A DNA stretch of 64,000 bases, taken from contig CAVVYZ010000001.1 of the NCBI GenBank assembly GCA_963752595.1, positions 352,001 through 416,000 of the forward strand, in the 5' to 3' direction. Source of the DNA: an uncultured delta proteobacterium. GTDB taxonomy: Bacteria > Desulfobacterota > Desulfomonilia > UBA1062. A model generated the notes under the pieces. The model searched no databases and was not told the origin of the DNA. It saw only the letters and a program-made list of their open reading frames with translations. The position numbers and the translations under genes are program-made. Below, one piece after another: positions 29,733 to 39,966 of the stretch (positions are counted from its first letter, which is position 1; each line of letters opens with the position of its first letter).

Positions 29733-32700
29733 GTGATTAAAGACAGCGAAAAGATCGGCGCAATAATGGTTGTCGGTTCGGGTATCGCAGGAATCCAGGC
29801 ATCACTCGATCTGGCAAATTCGGGCATGAAAGTATATCTCGTTGATAACGGGATCAGCATCGGCGGGGTCATGGCCCAGCTCGACAAGACATTCCCCACG
29901 AACGACTGTTCGGCGTGCATCCTCTCTCCGAAGCTCGTGGAAGTCGGGCGGCATCCCAACGTACAGATCCTCACCCGCCGAACCGTACAGTCTGTGGAGG
30001 GAGAGCCCGGCAAGTTCAAGGTCAAACTCCTCAAGGCCCCCCGGTACGTCGACTTGAGCAAGTGTACGGGCTGCGGCGACTGTGCGAATGTCTGTCCTGT
30101 CACCGTTCCTTCGGACTTCAACGAGAACCTGGGCGACCGCAAGGCGACCTACCGCCACTTCCCCCAGGCCATACCGAGCGGGTTCGCCATCGACAAGATC
30201 GGCACCTCGCCCTGTAAGGCGGCCTGTCCCACGCACATCAGCGTGCAGGGCTATGTTGCCCTGATCCAGACAGGCAAGTACCAGGATGCTCTGAAGCTCA
30301 TCAAGAAAGACAATCCCTTCCCGGCTGTGTGCGGCCGAGTATGCAATCATCCATGCGAGACCGCTTGCCAGCGCGCCAAGGTGGACGAGTCTGTCGACAT
30401 CATGCACCTCAAACGCTTCGTGGCAGACCTCGATCTCAATGCCGAAACCCGCTATGTGCCGGAAGAGAAGGAAAAGAAGGGCAAGACCGTGGGTGTCGTG
30501 GGAGCAGGCCCGGCCGGCTTGACCGCTGCCTACTACCTTGCTGCCGAAGGCTACGATGTCACGGTGTACGAAGCAGCCCCGATCCCCGGCGGCTGGCTCA
30601 CTCTGGGGATCCCGAGTACCGTCTGCCCCGGGACATCATCAAGGCCGAGATCAAGGTCATCGAAGACCTGGGCGTGAAGATCGTCTGCAACACCAAGATC
30701 GGCAAGGACATATCCTTTGAAGATCTGACGCAAGAAGCACGACGCCGTGTTCCTCGGCTGCGGAACCCATATCAGCACCAAGCTCGACATCCCCGGCGAA
30801 GATATGCAGGGCGTCATCCACGGTATCGATTACCTGAAGCGGATGAACCTGGGCGAAAAGATCTTCCTGGGTGACAAGGTTGCGGTCATCGGCGGCGGTA
30901 ACGTTGCCATGGACGCGGTCCGTACGGCAGTCCGTAACGGCTCGAAGGACGTATTCATCCTGTACCGCAGGTCCCGCGCAGAAATGCCTGCTGCAAAAGA
31001 AGAGATCGAAGAGGCCGAGGAAGAAGGAATCAAGATGAACTTCCTGGTCGCCCCGGTGCGCGTTGTGGGCGAGAACGGCAAGGTAACGGGTATCGAGTGC
31101 CAGGCGCATGGAGCTCGGCGAGCCCGATGCATCAGGCAGGCGCCGGCCGGTTCCGGTAAAGGGCTCCGAGTTCATCATCGAGTGCGACTCCATCGTTCCG
31201 GCCATCGGCCAGTCCGCTGATCTCGCGTTCCTGCCCAAGGACAGCGGCATCACCATCAGCAAGTGGCGCACCATCGACGTCGAGCCGTTCACCTTCGCCA
31301 CGGGCATGCCCGGCGTGTTCGCCGGCGGCGATGCCATGACCGGTGCTGCCACCGTGGTCGAGGCGGTCAATGCCGGCAAAGAGGCTGCCATCTCCATCAA
31401 CCGGTACCTCTCGAATGTCGATGTGAAGGAAGGCAGGGTAAAGTACTGGACCAAGGGTCTGGCAGATAAAGACATTACCGGCGTATCCGATGACCTGGGC
31501 GGCGCTGGTCGCTTCCAAACTGCACGTCCGTCTCGCGGAGAAAGACGAGAAGGACTTGAGAGACGTAGTAAAGGCCCCACGGGTTCATATGAAGCATCTC
31601 GACCCCAATGTGCGCAGAACTCACTTCAACGAAGTCATCAACGGCATGAGCGAAGAGGATGCCAAGACAGAGGCCGACCGGTGCTTGAGCTGCGGCATCT
31701 GCTCCGAATGCTACCAGTGCGTGGATGCCTGTATTGCCAAGGCCATCAATCACGACGACACCTACGAGATGGAGACCGTCGAGGTCGGCGCCGTCATCGC
31801 GGCTCCCGGCTTCGAAACCTTTGACGCAGGACTCCGCGGCGAGTACGGTTTCGGTACCTATGCCAACGTGGTCACCTCCATCCAGTTCGAGCGAATCCTC
31901 TCGGCATCCGGTCCGTATTTCGGCCATGTCCAGAGGCTTTCGGACCATAAAGAACCCAAGAAGGTCGCATTCATCCAGTGCGTGGGATCCCGCGACACCA
32001 ACTGCGGCAACTCCTGGTGCTCGTCGGTATGCTGCATGTACGCCACCAAAGAGGCCATCATCGGCAAGGAACATGCGAAGAACTTCGAACCGACCATCTT
32101 CTTCATGGATATCCGCGCCCACGGCAAGGATTTCGACCGGTTCGTGAACCGCGCCAAGAACGAGTACGGCATCCGCTATATCCGCTCCATGCCCTCATCG
32201 GTAAAAGAGCTCCAGCAGTCCAAGAACCTTCTCATTACCTATGTGAAGGAAGACGGGACCCTAATCGAGGAAGAATTCGACATGGTCGTGCTCTCCGTCG
32301 GTCTCACCCCGCCCAAGGAAGCGGAGCCGCTGGCAAAGGCCCTCGGCATAGAGCTCGAAGAGCACGGCTTCTGCAAGACCTCTATCGAGAACCCGGTCAT
32401 GACCAGCCGCGACGGCGTATTCGTATGCGGCGCATTCGGCGGCCCCAAGGACATCCCGGAGACGGTCATGGAGGCCAGCGGTGCGGCAGCATGCGCATCA
32501 GGCCTGCTCGCAGCCAAGAGAGGGACCATGATCACCGAAGACGAGGTCCCGCTCGAGAAAGATATCAAGGGCATCGGCCCCCGCACCGGCGTGTTCGTAT
32601 GCCACTGCGGCATCAACATCGGCGGCGTCGTGGACGTCCCGGCTGTTGTCGATTATGCAAAGACGCTTCCGAACGTAGTGTTCGCCACCGACAACCTCTT

Positions 32701-34247
32701 CACCTGCTCGCAGGACACTGCGGTGAAGATGGGAGAGGTCATTAAAGAACAGAACCTGACCAGGGTGGTCGTGGCATCGTGCTCTCCGAGGACGCACGAA
32801 GGCCTGTTCCAGGAGAACTGCGAAAAGGCAGGGCTGAACCGCTACCTTTTCGAGATGGCCAACATCCGCGACCAGGCTTCATGGGTGCACATGAACGAGC
32901 CGCAGGCAGCAACCGAAAAGGCCAAAGACCTCGTCCGCATGGCAATAGCCAAGGCCGAGTACCTCCAGCCCCTCAAGCCGGGCCAGCTCAGGTCAACCAC
33001 GCTGCGCTCATCATCGGCGGCGGTCTGGCCGGCATCACTGCAGCGCTGATCTCTGGCTGACCAGGGATTCGAGTCCCATATCGTTGAGAGACAGGAAAAC
33101 CTCGGCGGGAACTACGCAAAGCTGCACTACACGCTCGAAGGCCTCGATACCAAGGCCCACCTCGCGAAGCTTCTGAAGCGAGGTCAAAGCGAACAAACTG
33201 ATCCATGCATATACCGCCTCCGAGATCGAGAAGATCGAGGGCTTCATCGGCAACTACAAGACAACCATCAAGGCTAAGGAAGGCGAAGTGAAGTTCGAGC
33301 ACGGCGTCGTGATCGTTGCCACCGGCGCCTATGAACTGGAGACCGACGAATACCTCCACGGCAAGTCGGACAAGGTCATCACCCAGCGCGACCTGGAAGA
33401 CCTCCTTGCAAAGAAGGACGCCAAGGTCGCCAAGGCAGAGTCCGTGGTCATGATCCAGTGCGTCGGCTCTCGTACCAAGGAGCGTCCGTACTGCAGCCGC
33501 TACTGCTGCTCCGAGGCCATGAAGAATGCCCTGAAGATCAAGGAGATGGATCCGAACAAGGATGTCACGGTCATCTACCGCGATGTCCGGACCTTCGGCC
33601 TCAAAGAAGATTATTACAAGAAGGCCCGCGAGCTGAACGTCAAGTTCGTCCGCTACGACGAAGACCGGAAGCCGGAAGTCATGGAAAACGGCGGCAAGCT
33701 CGCCATCAAGGTCTTTGACCCGATCATGAACGCACCGGTCACCATCGAATGCCGACATGCTGGCCTTAAGCGTAGGCACGGTGCCGAACCCGGAAAACGA
33801 AGAGATCGGCAAGATGCTCAAGGTCCCGACCAACCAGGACGGCTTCTTCCTCGAGGCACACGTGAAGCTCCGCCCGGTGGACTTTCGCCACAGACGGCGT
33901 GTTCATGTGCGGCATGTCCCATGCGCCCAAATTGAGCGAGGACACCGTGGTCCAGGCAAATGCAGCGGTATCGAGGGCCTGCACGATCCTGACCAAGGAC
34001 TTCATCGAGGCAGAAGGCAAGACGGCATTCGTCAACAAGGACCGCTGCGCAGCATGCGGCCTGTGCGAAGCAGAACTGCCCGTTCGGCGCCATTGCAGTG
34101 GATGCGAAAGAAGGTGCTGCTGCGGTGAACACGGTGCTCTGCAAAGGCTGCGGCGTTTGTACGGCCTCCTGCCGTATGAACGCGGCGGACCTCAACGGCT
34201 TCACGAACGAAGAGGTGCTGGTCCAGATCGGGGCATTAGCCGGATAG
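29733..34247 (+). CDS. hdrA: Large HdrA-like (HdrL-type) flavoprotein with an inserted GltD-like NAD(P)H-binding module; split in this assembly by about 9 single-base indels and one 82-nt insertion
   Basis: Consecutive ORF fragments join into GSGIAG...LDKTFPTNDC, CGRVCNHPC, GAGPAG, GGGNVAMD, FIQCVGSRD, CSSVCCMY, FVCHCG.NI, CSPRTHE, ANIRDQ.SWVH, a second IQCVGSR and C-terminal ferredoxin motifs. Confidence 0.88.
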
Positions 34248-34305
34248 AAACCCCTCGGCTGTTAACACGGTCGAAGGATGAAATAGTCAAGCGAATGGAG
34301 ATAGT

Positions 34306-34743
34306 ATGGCTGAAGTAAAGTCAACCGATGGATGGGAACCGAAGATCATCGCTATCGTGTGCAACTGGTGCACCTATGCCGGAGCCGACCTTGCGGGGAT
34401 CAGCAGGATCCAGTATCCGCCGAACGTGCGGTTAGTGCGGCTCCCTTGCACAGGACGTATCAACCCATTCTATATCATGAAGGCCCTCCAGGAAGGTGCT
34501 GACGGCGTGCTCGTTTCGGGCTGCCACCCTGGTGAGTGCCACTACCTGACAGGCAATTACTCTGCCCGGAGGAAGTTCGCCATGCTGAAGCGCTATCTTT
34601 CCTACATCGGCATGGAACCGGACAGGACCATGTTCACCTGGTGCTCGGCCTCAGAGGGAGAGCGGTTCGCTAAAGTAATCAAGGGCGTGACCGCAAAGGT
34701 CAGAGAACTCGGCCCTGCCAAGAAACTCGTCAAAACACTATAA
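34306..34743 (+). CDS. mvhD: MvhD/FlxD-like 2Fe-2S subunit
   Basis: Motifs CNWCTYAGAD, PCTGRI, GADGV..GCHPGECHY, SASEG.RF. Confidence 0.93.
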   Translation: MAEVKSTDGWEPKIIAIVCNWCTYAGADLAGISRIQYPPNVRLVRLPCTGRINPFYIMKALQEGADGVLVSGCHPGECHYLTGNYSARRKFAMLKRYLSYIGMEPDRTMFTWCSASEGERFAKVIKGVTAKVRELGPAKKLVKTL

Positions 34744-34753
34744 AGGATGAGCC

Positions 34754-35761
34754 GTGGAAAACGTTGAGAAGAAAATTCGGGAAGAGGCTAAAAAGCTGCT
34801 TGCTGACAAGAAGGTGGACGTGGTCGTTGGCTATGAGCGCGGAACCCTGCCGCTCACCGCAACGCCTGTCTTCATAACGACACCTGAAGATGCCGACAAG
34901 CTCGTGTTTGATGCTACCTGCGTGCAGAACCTTGCAAAGTACGCCCATGACATCATCTCTGCACACCGCGATGCCCAGAAAAAGGTCAAGCCCGAGGACC
35001 GGAAGAAAAAGGTTGTGGGGATCGTGGCTCGCGGCTGTACGACCCGGTCGCTGGTGATTCAGCTCCAGGAAAGGCAGTACGCAAGAGAAGATATCGTCAT
35101 CTTAGGCGTGCCCTGCAACGGGTACATCGATCCCAAGAAATTCAATCTGGCCTTGGATGGCGAGCAGGCTGTCGAAGGAGCAGTGAACGGCGAAGAGATC
35201 ACGGTAAAGACCCTTGCCGGCGACAAGAAGTTAAACGTAAATGACGTGCTCGCTGACAACTGCCTCACCTGCCGGTTCAACAACCCGGTGATTTCCGATG
35301 TGATAATCGGAGATAAGGCCGCTGCCAAGGCTGCTGATAAAGAGTATGAGAAGGTAGAGGCCTTTGAGAAGCTCTCCACCGAAGAGCGCTGGGCCTATTT
35401 CACCAAGGAGATGAGCAAGTGCATCCGCTGCTATGCCTGCCGGAATGCCTGCCCTTCCTGCTACTGCAAGATCTGCTTCGTAGAGCAGACCATGCCGCAG
35501 TTTGTAGGTACGAGTGCTGAATTTTCCGACACCCAGGTCTTTCAGCTCTTGCGGACCTTCCACATGGTCGGCCGCTGCGTAGACTGCGGGTCGTGCATAT
35601 CGGTATGCCCCATGGGAGTGGACTTGAGAAACTTCCTCAAGAAGCTCGACAAGGATGCATTGGAACTTTTCGAGCAAAGGGCAGGGGCCTCCATGGAAGA
35701 CGTGCCGCCTTTGAGCACGTACCGGGAGAATGACAAGGAAGATTTTATCTACAACCCATAA
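34754..35761 (+). CDS. 4Fe-4S dicluster protein (FlxC-like)
   Basis: Motifs CIRCYACRNACPSCYC..C and H..GRCVDCGSC..VCP. Located in the hdr/flx cluster. Confidence 0.85.
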   Translation: MENVEKKIREEAKKLLADKKVDVVVGYERGTLPLTATPVFITTPEDADKLVFDATCVQNLAKYAHDIISAHRDAQKKVKPEDRKKKVVGIVARGCTTRSLVIQLQERQYAREDIVILGVPCNGYIDPKKFNLALDGEQAVEGAVNGEEITVKTLAGDKKLNVNDVLADNCLTCRFNNPVISDVIIGDKAAAKAADKEYEKVEAFEKLSTEERWAYFTKEMSKCIRCYACRNACPSCYCKICFVEQTMPQFVGTSAEFSDTQVFQLLRTFHMVGRCVDCGSCISVCPMGVDLRNFLKKLDKDALELFEQRAGASMEDVPPLSTYRENDKEDFIYNP

Positions 35762-35779
35762 TACGGATACGGAGCTTGT

Positions 35780-36307
35780 ATGATACAGTTTCTGCAAGAA
35801 GTGAATGATAAAATAGGCGGCGTGCCCATCCAGAGATGTTACCATTGCCGGAAATGCACTGCGGGCTGCCCGCTTGCCACAGAGATGGAATACAACCCGA
35901 ACAAGATCATCAAGATGATCCAGATGGGAATGAAGGACGACGTGCTGAACAGTTCGGCAATCTGGCTGTGCGCGTCCTGCGAAACCTGCATCTCCCGGTG
36001 CCCGAACAACGTGGACATCGCGCGCATGATGGACGTGCTCAGGGAGATGGCCATCGAAAAGGGTGTTGCCATCCCGCAGAAGAACGTACTCGCCCTGCAC
36101 AAAGCCTTCCTCGCAAGCATCAAGATGTTCGGAAGGATCAACGAGCCGCTCATGCTGGCACACTACAAGCTCCTCTCGAAAGACTTTTTCTCCGATCTGG
36201 ATATGGGCTTGAGCATGTTCCTCAAGGGCAAGATCTCCATCATTTCACCCAAGACCAGGGACATGGCTTCGGTGAAGAAGATTTTCAGAGATACCAAGCA
36301 GTCCTGA
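35780..36307 (+). CDS. hdrC: Heterodisulfide reductase subunit C-like
   Basis: Motifs CYHCRKCTAGCP and IWLCASCETCISRCP. Confidence 0.9.
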   Translation: MIQFLQEVNDKIGGVPIQRCYHCRKCTAGCPLATEMEYNPNKIIKMIQMGMKDDVLNSSAIWLCASCETCISRCPNNVDIARMMDVLREMAIEKGVAIPQKNVLALHKAFLASIKMFGRINEPLMLAHYKLLSKDFFSDLDMGLSMFLKGKISIISPKTRDMASVKKIFRDTKQS

Positions 36308-36326
36308 CGGATAAAGGAGGCACGAG

Positions 36327-37175
36327 TTGAAAGTTTCATATTACCCCGGATGTTCACTCCATGCCACGGCCAAGGAATACGACCAGTCGGTCAAGGCAGT
36401 GAGCGCTGCCTTGGGGATCGAGCTCAAAGAAGTGGAGGACTGGTCTTGCTGCGGCGCCACGGCGGCCCACAGCACCAATTATAAACTCTCCGTGGCTCTG
36501 CCCGCACGGGATCTGATCTCTGCTGAGAAGGACGCCCTCGACGTCATGGTGCCCTGTGCAGCCTGCTTCAACCGGTTCAAGAGTGCCCAGCATCAGCTGA
36601 AAGAGGATGCAGAACTCAAGAAAGAGATCGAGAAAGTCGTGGGCAAGCCCTATAAAGGAACGGTAGCCATACGGAATCCCATCGATATCTTCGCAAACGA
36701 CATCGGGCTGGATACATTGAAAGGCAAGGTGAAAAAGCCGCTCAAAGGCCTGAAGCCGGTTGCCTATTACGGATGTCTGCTGCTTCGTCCGCCGGAGGTC
36801 TGCCAGTTCGACGATTACGAGAACCCGGTCCTCCTTGACAAAATGATGACGGCAATCGGTGCGGAACCCAAGCAGTGGTCATACAAGACAGACTGCTGCG
36901 GAGGAAGCCTCTCCATCAGCAGGACCGATATCGTGAGAAAGATGGCGGACAAGTTCATGACCATGGCGCGTGAGGCGGAGGCCAACTGCATCGTGGTTGC
37001 ATGCCCGCTGTGTATGGCAAACCTCGAAATGAGGGCGTCTGCGAACGTGAGGATCCCCGTGTTCTACTTCACCGAGCTCATCGGTATCGCAATGGGGCTC
37101 GAGGGACCCAGGGATTGGCTGAAGCTGCATAACATCGACGCAGCGCCCCTGATGTCGGGACTTGGTCTCCTATAA
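36327..37175 (+). CDS. hdrB: Heterodisulfide reductase subunit B-like
   Basis: Two CCG domains: YYPGCSL..WSCCG..CAAC and YYGCLL..CCGG..ACPLC. Confidence 0.93.
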   Translation: MKVSYYPGCSLHATAKEYDQSVKAVSAALGIELKEVEDWSCCGATAAHSTNYKLSVALPARDLISAEKDALDVMVPCAACFNRFKSAQHQLKEDAELKKEIEKVVGKPYKGTVAIRNPIDIFANDIGLDTLKGKVKKPLKGLKPVAYYGCLLLRPPEVCQFDDYENPVLLDKMMTAIGAEPKQWSYKTDCCGGSLSISRTDIVRKMADKFMTMAREAEANCIVVACPLCMANLEMRASANVRIPVFYFTELIGIAMGLEGPRDWLKLHNIDAAPLMSGLGLL

Positions 37176-37195
37176 AACAAGGAAGAACGAAAGAG

Positions 37196-38227
37196 ATGGC
37201 CATGGAAAAAAGGTTGATAAAAAAAGACGTGCTGGCTGGGATCGTTGGCAAGATAGCGGGCGACATGAGCCTCTTTGCACCGGTCAAAGAAGAGAACAAT
37301 GTCCTCTTTGAACTGGTGAAAGACGGGGTTACGGCGCTTCCGAATTTCAAGAATACCAAGAATGCACCCAAGAGCTTTTTCTTCCCCCGTTCAGAGACAC
37401 TGATGCGCTACATCCGGAAGGAAAAGGGCATGGAATTTGCCGGTCTGGAAGAAGGCGAGTCCGGCGACAGGGTGCTCTTCGGCGTTCGTCCGTGCGACGC
37501 ACGGAGCTTCGCCATCCTCGACATGCTCTTTGACCAGGACAAATACAAAGACCCCTACTATATCGAGAAACGCGAGAAGACCACGGTTGTGGCCATGAGC
37601 TGCGCAAAGCCTCCCTATGCCACCTGTTTCTGCACCTCGGTGGGCGGCAGCCCGACTTCAACTGATGGTGCTGACGTGCTCCTCACAGATCTCGGAGACG
37701 AGTTTCTGGCCGAATTCCTGACCGATAAAGGGAAGAATCTCCTGAAGTATTTCGGCGACAAAAGGGCCGATGCACAGGCCGAAAAGAAAAAGGAAGAGAT
37801 CGCCGCTTCTGCAGTAAAAGAGATCAAGACGAGCATTCCTGCAAAAGAGATCAAGGGATTCCTGGATGCGAACTTCGAGCATCCGTTCTGGGATACGATC
37901 CACAAGAAGTGCCTGGCGTGCGGTACGTGCACCTTTATGTGCCCGACCTGCCACTGCTTCGACATACAGGACGAAGTCAAGGCATCCGACGGGAAGCGCG
38001 TCAGGAACTGGGATTCCTGCATGTTCCCCTTGTTCACCAAGGAAACCAGCGGCCATAACCCGAGGCCGAGCCAAAAGGAGCGCTGGCGCCAGCGCTTCAT
38101 GCACAAGTTCCGCTACTATGTTGATATGTTTGGCCCGATTGCATGCGTGGGCTGCGGACGATGCGTCATGTCCTGCCCCGTGAACATCGATATCAGAAAA
38201 ATCGTCGTAGATATTTCCAAACTGTGA
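37196..38227 (+). CDS. flxB: 4Fe-4S protein, AsrA/FlxB-like
   Basis: Motifs GVRPCD, CFCTS, CLACGTCTFMCPTCHCF, WDSC, HKF, CVGCGRC. Confidence 0.85.
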   Translation: MAMEKRLIKKDVLAGIVGKIAGDMSLFAPVKEENNVLFELVKDGVTALPNFKNTKNAPKSFFFPRSETLMRYIRKEKGMEFAGLEEGESGDRVLFGVRPCDARSFAILDMLFDQDKYKDPYYIEKREKTTVVAMSCAKPPYATCFCTSVGGSPTSTDGADVLLTDLGDEFLAEFLTDKGKNLLKYFGDKRADAQAEKKKEEIAASAVKEIKTSIPAKEIKGFLDANFEHPFWDTIHKKCLACGTCTFMCPTCHCFDIQDEVKASDGKRVRNWDSCMFPLFTKETSGHNPRPSQKERWRQRFMHKFRYYVDMFGPIACVGCGRCVMSCPVNIDIRKIVVDISKL

Positions 38228-38238
38228 GGGAGACAGTA

Positions 38239-39078
38239 ATGCAGAACCCATATGTACCGATCCCTGTCGTGGTCTCAAAGATCATCACGGAAGTCGATAC
38301 GAAGGACATCAAGACCTTCAGGCTCAGCTTCCTGAACAAAGAAGATGAAGAGAACTTCAAATACATCCCCGGCCAGTTTGCCGAGCTCTCCATTTTCGGC
38401 AAGGGCGAGTCGCCTATCGGCATCGCCTCATCGCCCACCCAGAAGGGCTACATCGAGTTCACCGTGCAGAAGGCCGGGCAGGTAACCTCGTTCCTCCACG
38501 AGATGGAAGAGGGAACCCACATGGGCGTCCGAGGGCCTCTGGGCAATTCCTGGCCCCTGGAATTTCTGGAAGGCAAGAATATCGTGGTCGTTGGCGGCGG
38601 ATTCGCGTTCACCACGCTTCGTTCGCTCATCAACTACATGATCCACGAAGACAACCGCAAACGCTTCGGCAATATCACGGTCATCTACGGCGCCAGGAAC
38701 CCCGGGCTGCTCATCTATAAGGACGAGCTGAACGAGTGGGCCAAGCGCAAAGACCTGAACCTCAATGTCACCGTGGACAAAGGCGATGCGACCTGGAAGG
38801 GCAAAGAAGGCTTCGTGCCTGCGGTCTGTAAAGAGGTTGCGCCGAGCTCGGACAATGCAGTCGCTGTCATCTGCGGGCCGCCCATCATGATCCGGTTTAC
38901 TTTGCCGGTCTTCTTCGATCTCAAGTTCTCCAAGGAGAACATCATCACCTCGCTCGAGATGAGGATGAAATGCGGGATCGGCAAGTGCGGACGCTGCAAC
39001 GTGGGACACAAATACGTATGCAAGGACGGCCCGGTATTCTCACTTGCCGAACTCGACAAGCTCACGAAAGAATACTGA
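38239..39078 (+). CDS. flxA: FAD/NAD(P)-binding subunit, AsrB/FlxA-like
   Basis: Motifs PGQF, GESPI.IASSP, RGPLGN, CGPP.M, RMKCGIGKCGRCN, CKDGPVF. Confidence 0.88.
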   Translation: MQNPYVPIPVVVSKIITEVDTKDIKTFRLSFLNKEDEENFKYIPGQFAELSIFGKGESPIGIASSPTQKGYIEFTVQKAGQVTSFLHEMEEGTHMGVRGPLGNSWPLEFLEGKNIVVVGGGFAFTTLRSLINYMIHEDNRKRFGNITVIYGARNPGLLIYKDELNEWAKRKDLNLNVTVDKGDATWKGKEGFVPAVCKEVAPSSDNAVAVICGPPIMIRFTLPVFFDLKFSKENIITSLEMRMKCGIGKCGRCNVGHKYVCKDGPVFSLAELDKLTKEY

Positions 39079-39103
39079 TACCCATCCATTCATTTCCTTA
39101 AAC

Positions 39104-39139
39104 AAAACGGGCAGCCCTCTTAAAGGCTGCCCGTTTTTT
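39104..39139 (+). terminator. Intrinsic terminator of the hdr/flx operon
   Basis: AAAACGGGCAGCC-CTCTTAAA-GGCTGCCCGTTTTTT. Confidence 0.88.
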
Positions 39140-39362
39140 ATGCATCACCGTCGCTGATCGGAACTTTACCGCCGGAATAATTCATCAATTCCATCATTCG
39201 AGGGATCTTACTCTCGGTCTTTTCGTTTCCAACGTGGTATAGCCGCTGTCCTTTTTTGCATGAATCACCCCAGCAGAGCTGTACCCCCTGTTTGTGTTCA
39301 GTGCTTGGCGACTTATTCATAACTCATAGAGTGGAACATTCTTAATGAGAAGGAGAAACCAT

Positions 39363-39896
39363 ATGAAAAAACTAGCAATATTTCTCATGCTGATCACGAT
39401 AATTGCAACCGGATGTACAGGAACTTTTCAGCTCACCAGAAAGGTCTATGATTTCCAGACCTCACCGAAGGATAAGTGGGTGGATGAAGTACTCTTCCTC
39501 GCATTTGTGATTATACCGGTATATGGTGCGAGCACCCTCGTAGATGCCGTCGTCTTCAACTCCCTCGAATTCTGGACCGGCGAGAATCCCATGACAGCGA
39601 GCCTCCAGAACACCCATGATGTTATTGCCCAGAATGATCAAGGCACTATGAAGATGAAGTTTGATGCGGATTCACAGAATATCGAGGTCACATCTACAGC
39701 CGACCCGGCAAAGTCCTTCGTTCTCGCCAGAACAGATAACGGGGTAACAGCCATGAACAGGGAAGGGGAGGTGTTGTTTACCTCAGTGGAAGACTCTTCA
39801 GGAGGTGTGACCGTCTTCGATGCGGACAATAACGCTGTCCGGCATTTCTCTTCCGAAGAAGTGCAGAAAGAAAGGTCCGATTTCTTTACCAGATAG
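39363..39896 (+). CDS. DUF3332 family lipoprotein
   Basis: Lipobox ATGC. Motif GTFQLT..Y...KWVDE.LF...IPVYG...D..VFNSLEFWTGENP. Confidence 0.85.
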   Translation: MKKLAIFLMLITIIATGCTGTFQLTRKVYDFQTSPKDKWVDEVLFLAFVIIPVYGASTLVDAVVFNSLEFWTGENPMTASLQNTHDVIAQNDQGTMKMKFDADSQNIEVTSTADPAKSFVLARTDNGVTAMNREGEVLFTSVEDSSGGVTVFDADNNAVRHFSSEEVQKERSDFFTR

Positions 39897-39966
39897 CCGT
39901 TTGCGGGCCGGGTTTTGCTCGGCCCTGCACCTTCCTGGCCGGCGGTCATTCCGCCAGCAGCTTTGT

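Noticed and set aside
33050-33062. In-frame TGA as selenocysteine in hdrA
   Set aside because: The TGA comes from a frameshift. The correct frame reads ALSLADQG, which is not a Cys position.
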